Origin: Horticoccus luteus
Lineage (GTDB): Bacteria > Verrucomicrobiota > Verrucomicrobiia > Opitutales > Opitutaceae
Assembly (NCBI RefSeq): GCF_019464535.1
Contig: NZ_CP080507.1
Coordinates: 4,288,199-4,320,198 of the forward strand
Length of the DNA: 32,000 nt
Reading direction: 5' to 3'
A model generated the notes under the pieces. It worked only from the letters and a program-made list of their open reading frames with translations, was not told where the DNA came from and ran no database searches. A program made the position numbers and the translations under genes. Positions 19,301-31,300 of this stretch are shown piece by piece; the first letter of the stretch is position 1; each line of letters opens with the position of its first letter.

Positions 19301-22300
19301 CGGCGATATCGGCCTCACGAACATATTTTTTGGAAACACGACTGCTCTCTACACCGATACCACGGCGCTGTCCGAGCTGACCACGGCCGGCAATGGCTCC
19401 ATTGTCCTGCGCACCGTCAATGGCACCATCACCCTCACGGACGCGGATGGAGATGGTATGGCGGTTGCGGCGGACGGCTCCGGCAATGTCCGTCTTGAGG
19501 CCGGTGGCGCTTCGAGCGATGTTGTCGTCAATGCCCGCGTCACCTCGGCCAGCGGCAACCTTTCCCTCCAGGCCGGCCACAGTGTCATCCAGTCGAATGC
19601 CGGCACCGGAATCGCCGATCTCGTGGTCGCGACGGCGCCGGGGTCAATCGATGTCGAAGCCGTTACCGGCTCCATCACGATGGACAGCGACCGGCAGGCG
19701 GTCACCGCCGGTGGTAGCATTCGCTACGCCGCTGGCACAGATGTCATTCTTGGTGTTCTCGACGCCCGCACGGTGGCTGACCGCGTTGGCGGCACGCTCG
19801 CCGATCAGACCAGCGCAACAACGCCATGGGGCGATGTCTCCGTGTTGGCCGGCACCTTCGGTGCATCGCCGACCGGCTCCATTCTTGACGCGAAAGCGCC
19901 GGCCAGTGGCACCGAAAATGTCTTCGCGCGCTGGTTGCGACTCCATGCGGCCACGCGCATCGGCAATCTAGCGGTTGATGGAAACCTTAATGCTCTGGAA
20001 ACAGAAGTGGCCGTAGTCACGGCTTACGCTGCTGCCGGCGGCATCAGCCTGCGCGACGATACCGATGTGACGGTCGACACCGTGACCGTTACCGTCAGCC
20101 GCGTTCTCGCCGATGGATCCACCACCGCCCAGACCGATTTGCAGCAAGCGGATCTCGTTACAGCCGGAGCCGACGGCTCGATTTCGCTGACGGCCTCGAA
20201 CGGGTCGATCACGGTCAACGACGGGGCTGACGCCGCCACCGGCGGCCTTGCTCTGGTTGGGATCAGCGCGAATGGCGCGGGCAACATCTTCCTACAGGCG
20301 AGCGGCGCCGCCCACGATATCACCCTCGGCGTTGGCGCTGCCATCCAGTCGGGCACGGGTAACATCACTCTCATCGCCGCCCGCGACATTACGCAGCAGG
20401 CGGGGGGAAACATCGTGGTGATCGCTTCGACCGGAACCATCGATATCGGAGCGACTGCCGGTTCCATTACGATGGACCCCGCCGCCAGCGATCAGACCGA
20501 CGGCGCCAACATCCGCTTGGATGCCGGAACCTCGATCATCGCGGGAGTCATCGACGCGCGGACCAACGCCGACCGTCTGGGCGGCACGCTGACGCAGCAA
20601 GCGGCCTGGGGCTCCCTCGCGCTGAGCGCCGGCAGCGGCTCGATCACCGACGCGAAGGCGCGCGGCGAAGCCGGCATCAACCTCTACGGCTCGTCCGCCC
20701 GCCTCTCCGCCGCGACCGACATCGGCGTCCTCGGTGCCGGCGTGGACAACGCCCTCGACACCGAACTCGTCACCGTCGCGGCCGAGACCACGACCGCCGG
20801 CAGCATCAACCTCGCCGACGCGAGCGACCTGACGGTGGACACCGTGGCGATCATCTACGTCAACCGCGTCGCCGCCGACGGCACCGCCTCCGTGATCGGC
20901 ACGACCGCCTTGTCCGACCTGACGACCACCGGCAACGGCGCAATCGTCGTCACCGCCGCGGGCGACCTCACACTGAATGACGGCTTCGCCAACAACACCG
21001 CCGTCAGCGCGAACGGCACCGGCAACGTTTACGTCTCCGCCGCGAACGTCACCGCGAACGCGGACATCCTCAGCGGCAGCGGCGACATCACCCTCCTCGG
21101 CACGACAAACCTGACCTTCAACACGACCGCCGACGTCAAGACGAGCGGCGGCGACGTGAACTTGGTCGCGGCCGCCGGCGCGATCCTCTTCGCCGACAAC
21201 GCGCAAGTCGCCACCTCCAACGGCAACGTCCGCCTGCTCGCCGCGACCGACATCACGCTCGGCGGCATCCAAGCCGGCACCGGCTCCGTCACCCTGACCG
21301 CGATCGCCGGCTCGATCCTCGACGGCGGCGACACGTATCAAGACATCAGCGCCTCCGCCGCGCGCCTCGTTGCTGGCACCGGCATCGGCACGTCCACCAA
21401 CCCGCTCGAAGTCGGCCTCGACACCCTCGCCGCCAGCGCCGGCAGCGCGGGCATCAGCCTCGTCGAAGACAACGCTCTCACCGTCACAAACGTCTCAATC
21501 ACCGTTCGCAGCGTCGCGACCGACGCCTCATCCGCCGCACTCGCCGCCGAAACCCTCTCCGACCTCACGACGACCGCGAACGGCTCGATCGCCCTGACAA
21601 TCATCGCCGGCGACCTCACGCTGAACGACGGCTTCGCCAACAACACGGCGGTCAGCGCGAACGGCAGCGGCAACGTTTACTTCTCCGCCGCGAACGTCAC
21701 CGCGAACGCCGATATCCTCAGCGGCAGCGGCGACATCACGCTCCTCGGCGCGACGAACCTCGCCTTCAACGCGACCGCCGACGTCAAGACGACCGGCGGC
21801 GACGTGAACCTCGTGGCCGGGGTGGGGGCGATCCTCTTCGCCGACAACGCGCAAATCGCGACCTCGGGAGGCAACGTCCGCCTCCTCGCCGCGACCGACA
21901 TCACCTTGGGCGGCCTCCAAGCCGGCACGGGTTCAGTCACGTTGACCGCGACCGCGGGCTCGATCCTCGACGGCGGCGACACGTATCAAGACATCAGCGC
22001 GTCCGCCGCGCGTCTGGTTGCCGGCACCGGCATCGGCACGTCCACGAACCCCCTCGAAGTCAGCCTCGACACCCTGGCCGCCAGCGCCGGCAGCGCGGGC
22101 ATCAGCCTCCTCGAAGACAACGCGCTCACGATCACGAACGTGTCGGTCACGGTGCGCGCCGTCGCCGCCGACTTCACGTCCACCGCGCTCGCCGCCGAAA
22201 CCCTCTCCGACCTCACGACGACCGCGAACGGCTCCATCGCCCTGACAATCATCGCGGGCGACCTCACGCTGAACGACGGCTTCGTGAACAACACCGCGGT

Positions 22301-25300
22301 CAGCGCGAACGGCACCGGCAACATCTACTTCTCCGCCGCGAACCTCACCGCCAACGCCGACATCCTCTCTGGCAGCGGCGACATCACGCTCCTCGGTGCC
22401 ACGAACCTCACGTTCACCACGACCGCCGACGTCAAAACCACCGGCGGCGACGTGAACCTCGTGGCCGCCGCGGGTGCGATCCACTTCGCCGACAACGCGC
22501 AAGTCGCCACCTCGAACGGCAACGTCCGCCTGCTCGCCGCGACCGACATCACGCTCGGCGGCATCCAAGCCGGCACCGGCTCCGTGACGTTGACCGCCAC
22601 CGCCGGCTCGATCCTCGACGGCGGGGACACCTATCAAGACATCAGCGCCAGCGCCGCTCGCCTGGTTGCCGGCACGGGCATCGGCACCGCGACCAACCCG
22701 CTCGAAGTCGGCCTCGACACGCTGGCCGCCAGCGCCGGTTCCGCCGGCATCAGCCTCCTCGAAGACAACGCGCTCACGATCACCAACGTCAGCGTCACCG
22801 TGCGCGCCGTCGCGGCCGACTTCACCTCCACCGCACTCACCGCTGAAACCCTCTCCGACCTCACGACGACCGCGAACGGCTCGATCGCCCTCACGATCAT
22901 CGCCGGCGACCTCACGCTGAACGACGGCTTCGTGAACAACACCGCGGTCAGCGCGAACGGCACCGGCAACGTCTACTTCTCCGCCGCGAACCTCACCGCG
23001 AACGCCGACATCCTCTCTGGCAGCGGCGACATCACACTCCTCGGCGCGACGAACCTCACCTTTAACACGACGGCCGACATCAAGACCACCGGCGGCGACG
23101 TGAACCTCGTGGCCACCGCGGGTGCGATCCACTTCGCCGACAACGCGCAAATCGCCACGTCAGGCGGCAACGTCCGCTTCCTCGCCGCGACCGACATCAC
23201 GCTCGGCGGCATCCAAGCCGGCACCGGCTCCGTGACGTTGACCGCCACCGCGGGCTCGATCCTCGACGGCGGCGACACGTATCAAGACATCAGCGCGTCC
23301 GCCGCGCGCCTGGTCGCCGGCACCGGCATTGGCACCGCGACGAACCCGCTCGAAGTCGGCCTCGACACCTTGGCCGCGTCCGCGGGCAGCGCCGGCATCA
23401 GCCTCCTCGAAGACAACGCCCTCACGATTACCAACGTCAGCATCACCGTGCGCGCCGTCGCGGCCGACTTCATCTCCACCGCACTCACCGCCGAAACCCT
23501 CTCCGACCTCGTCACGACGGCCAACGGCTCGATCGCCCTGACGATCATCGCCGGCGACCTGACGCTGAACGACGGCTTCGCCAACAACACCGCGGTCAGC
23601 GCGAACGGCTCCGGCAACGTTTACGTCTCCGCCGCGAACGTCACCGCGAACGCCGATATCCTCAGCGGCAGCGGCGACATCACACTCCTCGGCGCGACGA
23701 ACCTCACCTTCAACCCGACCGCCGACGTCAAGACGAGCGGCGGCGACGTGAACCTCGTGGCCACCGCGGGTGCGATCCACTTCGCCGACAACGCCCAAAT
23801 CGCGACCTCGGGCGGCAACGTCCGCCTGCTCGCCGCGAGCGACATCACCTTGGGCGGCCTCCAAGCCGGCACCGGCTCCGTCACCCTGACCGCGATCGCC
23901 GGCTCGATCCTCGACGGCGGTGACACGTATCAAGACATCAGTGCCAGCGCCGCGCGCCTGGTTGCCGGCACGGGCATCGGCACCGCGACCAACCCGCTCG
24001 AAGTCGGCCTCGACACGCTCGCCGCCAGCGCCGGTTCCGCCGGCATCAGCCTCCTCGAAGACAACGCGCTCACGATCACGAACGTGTCGGTCACCGTTCG
24101 CAGCGTCGCGACCGACGCCTCATCCGCCGCACTCGCCGCCGAAACCCTCTCCGACCTCACGACGACCGCGAACGGCTCGATCGCCCTGACAATCATCGCC
24201 GGCGACCTGACGCTGAACGACGGCTTCGCCAACAACACGGCGGTCAGCGCGAACGGCAGCGGCAACGTTTACTTCTCCGCCGCGAACGTCACCGCGAACG
24301 CCGATATCCTCAGCGGCAGCGGCGACATCACGCTCCTCGGCGCGACGAACCTCGCCTTCAACGCGACCGCCGACGTCAAGACGACCGGCGGCGACGTGAA
24401 CCTCGTGGCCGGGGTGGGGGCGATCCTCTTCGCCGACAACGCGCAAATCGCGACCTCGGGCGGCAACGTCCGCCTCCTCGCCGCGACCGACATCACCTTG
24501 GGCGGCCTCCAAGCCGGCACGGGTTCAGTCACGTTGACCGCGACCGCGGGCTCGATCCTCGACGGCGGCGACACCTATCAAGACATCAGCGCCAGCGCCG
24601 CGCGCCTGGTCGCCGGCACCGGCATCGGCACCGCGACGAACCCGCTCGAAGTCGGCCTCGACACCCTGGCCGCCAGCGCCGGCAGCGCCGGCATCAGCCT
24701 CCTCGAAGACAACGCGCTCACGATCACCAACGTGTCGGTCACCGTGCGCGCCGTCGCGGCCGACTTCACGTCCACCGCGCTCACCGCCGAAACCCTCTCC
24801 GACCTCGTCACGACGGCCAACGGCTCGATCGCCCTCACGATCATCGCCGGCGACCTGACGCTGAACGACGGCTTCGTGAACAACACCGCGGTCAGCGCGA
24901 ACGGCACCGGCAACGTTTACTTCTCCGCCGCGAACGTCACCGCGAACGCCGACATCCTCTCTGGCAGCGGCGACATCACGCTCCTCGGTGCCACGAACCT
25001 CACGTTCACCACGACCGCCGACGTCAAAACCACCGGCGGCGACGTGAACCTCGTGGCCGCCGCGGGTGCGATCCACTTCGCCGACAACGCGCAAGTCGCC
25101 ACCTCCAACGGCAACGTCCGCCTGCTCGCCGCGACCGACATCACGCTCGGCGGCCTCCAAGCCGGCACCGGCTCCGTCACCCTGACCGCCACCGCGGGCT
25201 CGATCCTCGACGGCGGCGACACCTATCAAGACATCAGCGCCAGCGCCGCGCGCCTGGTCGCCGGCACCGGCATCGGCACGTCCACGAACCCCCTCGAAGT

Positions 25301-28300
25301 CGGCCTCGACACGCTGGCCGCCAGCGCCGGTTCCGCCGGCATCAGCCTCCTCGAAGACAACGCGCTCACGATCACGAACGTATCGGTCACCGTGCGCGCC
25401 GTCGCCGCCGACTTTACCTCCACCGCGCTCGCCGCCGAAACCCTCTCCGACCTCACGACCACCGCGAACGGCTCGATCGCTCTCACGATCATCGCGGGCG
25501 ACCTCACGCTGAACGACGGCTTCGCCAACAACACCGCCGTCAGCGCGAACGGCAGCGGCAACGTTTACTTCTCCGCCGCGAACGTCACCGCCAACGCGGA
25601 CATCCTCAGCGGCAGCGGCGACATCACGCTGCTGGGCGCAACGAACCTCACCTTCAACGCGACCGCCGACATCAAGACGAGCGGCGGCGACGTGAACCTC
25701 GTGGCCACCGCGGGTGCGATCCACTTCGCCGACAACGCGCAAATCGCGACCTCGGGCGGCAACGTCCGCCTCCTCGCCGCGACCGACATCACCTTGGGCG
25801 GCCTCCAAGCCGGCACCGGCTCCGTGACGTTGACCGCTACCGCGGGCTCGATCCTCGACGGCGGCGACACGTATCAAGACATCAGCGCCAGCGCCGCGCG
25901 CCTGGTCGCCGGCACGGGCATCGGCACCGCGACGAACCCGCTCGAAGTCGGCCTCGACACCCTGGCCGCCTCCGCCGGCAGCGCGGGCATCAGCCTCCTC
26001 GAAGACAACGCCCTCACGATCGCGAACGTATCGGTCACCGTGCGCGCCGTCGCGGCCGACTTCACGTCCACCGCGCTCACCGCCGAAACCCTCTCCGACC
26101 TCACGACGACCGCGAACGGCTCCATCGCCCTCACGATCATCGGCGGCGACCTCACGCTGAACGACGGCTTCGCCAACAACACCGCCGTCAGCGCGAACGG
26201 CAGCGGCAACGTCTACTTCTCCGCCGCGAACCTCACCGCGAACGCCGACATCCTCAGCGGCAGCGGCGACATCACGCTCCTCGGCGCGACGAACCTCACC
26301 TTCAACGCGACCGCCGACGTCAAGACGAGCGGCGGCGACGTGAACCTCGTGGCCAGCGCCGGCGCGATCCACTTCGCCGACAACGCGCAAGTCGCGACCT
26401 CCAACGGCAACGTCCGCTTGCTCGCCGCGACCGACATCACGCTCGGCGGCATCCAAGCCGGCACGGGTTCCGTCACGTTGACTGCGACCGCGGGCTCGAT
26501 CCTCGACGGCGGCGACACCTATCAAGACATCAGCGCCAGCGCCGCGCGCCTGGTCGCCGGCACCGGCATCGGCACGTCCACGAACCCGCTCGAAGTCGGC
26601 CTCGACACCCTGGCCGCCAGCGCCGGCAGCGCGGGCATCAGCCTCCTCGAAGACAACGCGCTCAAGATCACCAACGTATCGGTCACGGTGCGCGCCGTCG
26701 CGGCCGACGTCACGTCCACCGCGCTCGCCGCCGAAACCCTCTCCGACCTCACGACCACCGCGAACGGCTCCATCGCCCTGACGATCATCGCCGGCGACCT
26801 GACGCTGAACGACGGCTTCGTGAACAACACCGCCGTCAGCGCGAACGGCAGCGGCAACGTTTACTTCTCCGCCGCGAACGTCACCGCGAACGCGGACATC
26901 CTCAGCGGCAGCGGCGACATCACGCTGCTGGGCGCAACGAACCTCACCTTCAACGCGACCGCCGACATCAAGACGACCGGCGGCGACGTGAACCTCGTGG
27001 CCACCGCGGGTGCGATCCACTTCGCCGACAACGCGCAAATCGCCACGTCGGGCGGCAACGTCCGCCTCCTCGCCGCGACCGACATCACGCTCGGCGGCAT
27101 CCAAGCCGGCACGGGTTCAGTCACGTTGACTGCGACCGCGGGCTCGATCCTCGACGGCGGCGACACCTATCAAGACATCAGCGCCAGCGCCGCGCGCCTG
27201 GTCGCCGGCACCGGCATCGGCACGTCGACGAACCCCCTCGAAGTCGGCCTCGACACCCTGGCTGCGTCCGCCGGTTCCGCAGGCATCAGCCTCCTCGAAG
27301 ACAACGCGCTCACGATCACGAACGTGTCGGTCACGGTGCGCGCCGTCGCCGCCGACTTTACCTCCGCCGCGCTCGCCGCCGAAACCCTCTCCGACCTCGT
27401 CACGACCGCCAACGGCTCCATCGCCCTGACGATCATCGCCGGCGACCTCACGCTGAACGACGGCTTCGTGAACAACACCGCGGTCAGCGCGAACGGCAGC
27501 GGCAACGTCTACTTCTCCGCCGCGAACCTCACCGCCAACGCCGACATCCTCAGCGGCAGCGGCGACATCACGCTGCTGGGCGCGACGAACCTCACCTTCA
27601 ACGCGACCGCCGACGTCAAGACGACCGGCGGCGACGTGAACCTGGTCGCCAGCGCCGGCGCGATCCACTTCGCCGACAACGCGCAAGTCGCCACGTCGGG
27701 CGGCAACGTCCGCCTCCTCGCCGCGACCGACATCACCTTGGGCGGCCTCCAAGCCGGCACGGGTTCCGTCACCTTGACCGCGACCGCCGGTTCGATCCTC
27801 GACGGCGGCGACACTTATCAAGACATCAGTGCCAGCGCCGCGCGCCTGGTCGCCGGCACCGGCATCGGCACATCCACCAACCCCCTCGAGGTCGGCCTCG
27901 ACACCCTGGCCGCCAGCGCCGGCAGCGCCGGCATCAGCCTCCTCGAAGACAACGCGCTCACGATCACGAACGTGTCGGTCACCGTGCGCGCCGTCGCCGC
28001 CGACTTTACCTCCGCCGCGCTCACCGCCGAAACCCTCTCCGACCTCACGACGACCGCGAACGGCTCGATCGCGCTGCGCACCCTCAACGGCACGCTGACC
28101 CTGAACGACGGGGGCAACGCCAATCACACCGCGGTCAGCGCGGCCGGCACCGGCCGGATCCTCCTCTCGGCCGGCGGCGCGACGAGCGACCTCCTGCTCA
28201 ACGCCGACGTCATCTCCGCGACGGGCGCGATCACGCTCCTCGCCGGCCATGACCTCACCACCGCCGCGACCGTGGCCGTGCAAACGGCCGGCGACCTCGA

Positions 28301-31300
28301 CCTCGAAGCGACGACCGGCGCCCTGACCCTCGCGGCCACCTCGACCCTCACGACGACCGCGGGCTCCCTCCGCCTCCTCGCCGGCGCCGACGTGCGCCTC
28401 GCGCAAGTCCGGGCGACGACCGGCCGCATCCTGATCCGCTCCGGCGCCTCGATCCTGGACAACACCGCCGGCACCGCCGCCGCGAACCTCACCGCCACCG
28501 CGGTCCGCCTGGAAGCCGGCACCGGCGCCGGCACCGCCGCGACCCCGCTCACCCTGGCGACGGCGCTCCTCGCCGGCACCGCCGGCAGCGGCGGCCTGAA
28601 CATCCTCAACGCGACCGCGCTGACGATCGACACGGTGACCTTCGCCCTCGCCAAGGTGAACGCCAACTTCACGACGACGACCGTCACCGAACCCTCCCTC
28701 GCCGACCTCACCACGACCGCGAACGGGGCCATCACGCTGCGCACAGCCAACGGCACCCTCACGCTCAACGACGGCGCCGACGCCGACGGCCTGGCCCTCT
28801 CCGCCGCGGGCACCGGTGCCATCACGCTCCTGCCCGGTGGCGCCGCCTCGAATCTCCAAGTCAACGCCGGCGTCCGCTCCGGCACCGGCCCGATCCTCCT
28901 GGACGCGCCCGCCGCGATCACGCTCTCCTCCGCCGCGACGATCGCGACGACCGGCGGCACCCTCACGCTGCACACCGCCACCGGCGCCATCACGATGGAC
29001 TCCGGTTCGCGCCTCGCCTCCGCCGGCGGCCTGCTCACCGTCACCGCCGCGCAACGCCTTGCGGTCTCGATCATCGACGCCGGCACCGGCGCCATGGTGC
29101 TCACGACCGGCGCGGACCTGACCGACAACCTGGCCACCGAAGCCCCGAACCTCCTCGGCGCCGCCGCCACGCTCCGCAGCGTGGGTTCCCTCGGCACCGC
29201 CGCCAACAACCTCAACACGACCCTCGGCACCCTCGACGCCGCGATCTCCGGCCCCGGCACCCTGGTCCTCGCCGACACCGGCAACCTGACCGTCACCGCG
29301 ACCACGACCGACGGCGCGATCACGCTGACGACCGCCGGCACCCTGACCGCCACCGCCCTCACGGCGGGCGGCACCGCGGACATCACCCTCACCGCCGGCG
29401 CCGACCTCCTCGTGGGCACCGTCCTCGCCGAGAACGACACGATCACCGCCACCGCCGCCGGCCGCCTCGAACGCGCCTCGACCGGCACCCAGTTCACCGC
29501 GGCCCTCTTGACGCTCCAAGCCGGCACCGGCATCGGCACCCTCGACCCCGTCGTCGTCGCCGTCCCCACGCTCTCCGCCACCTCGACGACCGGTGACATC
29601 CGCCTGCGCAACCTCCTCACGACCGACGTCACCGTCACCCACCTCGCCACCGGCACCGGCGCCATCGCCTACAGCCAGGCCGGCGGCACGCTCCTCGTCA
29701 CCGACGCCACCACCCAAGACGGCGACATCGCGCTCAGCCTCGACCAAGGCAACCTCCATGTGGTCAACGTCGACGCCGGCGGCACCGGCGACATCAGCCT
29801 GACCGTCATCGGCACCGGCAAAGTCAAATACGACACCGCCCACGCCGGCGGCGGCGACCTGAACATCTCCACCTCCGGCGCGGTCACCCTCGACGAAGAC
29901 CTCGTCACCCACGGCGAAAACCTCCACTTCACCGGCAACGTGGTCCTGCCCCGCGACACCCTGATCACGACCTTCGGCGGCGACGTGACCTTCGACCAGA
30001 CCATCGACGGCGCCTACGCCCTGACGATCGACGCCGGCTCCGGCGACGTCTCCTTCGCCCAGGCCCTCGGCGCGCAAACCCCCCTCACGCAACTGACGAT
30101 CACCACGACCGGCGCGCTCACCTTCGCCGCCACCGTGACCGTGCAAGGCGACCTCGTCCTCGGCTCCGGCTCGCTCACCCTCACCGGCGGCCCGGGCTCG
30201 ATCCACACCTTGAACCACGGCCAGTTCATCGCCGCCCCCGCGACCAACGTCGCCACGATCGGCCTGGGCAACGTGCCCACCCCCTCCGCCTACGCCTACC
30301 TCCTCTCCCAGACGAGCCTCGAAGCCCTGGCGCCCGGCTTCAGCCAGGTCGTCCTCGGCCGCGCCGATTCCTCCGCCCGCATCGACCTCGGCACCGTGAC
30401 CCTGGTCAACCCGACCCTCATCCGCTCCCCGCAGGCCACCGGCACGATCGTCCTCCTCGCGAACCAGACCCTCACCGTCACCGGCGCCAACCCCCTGACC
30501 CTGCAAGCGGGCCCCGGCACCGGCGCCTTCACGCAGGAAACCGGCGCGAAGCTCCTCGCCGGCACGGGCCTCGTCACGATCACCGCCGACCTCCTGAACC
30601 TGCAAGGCGCGGCCGGCTCGATCACCGGCACCGGCCGCCTGATCTTGCAACCGGCCTCCCTCACGCAACCGATCACCGTCGGCCAGGCCGGCGGCTTCGA
30701 CCTCCTCGCTCCGGAAATCGCCGTGCCCGCGGCCTTCACCGAAGTGCAGATCGGCCGCACCGACGGCGCCCATGCGATCGACGTCTATCAAAGCACCTTC
30801 GGCACCGCGGTCCTGTTCTCCGCGCCCGCCGCGGCCGGCACCCTGACCGTGCACGGCGCGGTCCGCACGAGCGGCGCCCAAGGCAACCTCACGGCCCGCA
30901 CCGGCGGCGACCTCACCATCGACGCGAACCTCACGATCGGCATTAGCGGCACGCTGACCCTCACCGCCGACACCGACGGGGACAACCACGGGGCCGTCCG
31001 CATCGCCCAAAACGCCGTCAGCGTCCTGCAAGTCGCCCAAGGCGGCATCGTCCTCCAAGGCGAAGCGATCCAGATCGGCACCGCGACCAACCGCGCCGAA
31101 CTGCTCGCCCTCCAAGGCGCGATCACCCTCACCGTCGACCTGAACGCCAACGGCCAGGGCACGCTGACCCTCGCCAACGATAACACCCAGTTGAAAGCGG
31201 GCACGGACCTCTTGATTACGACCGGCGGCACCGCGCCCGTCACCGGCACGCTGACCCTCCGCGGCCAGTTGCAGGCCCTGGGCAGGATCACCGTCCGCAG

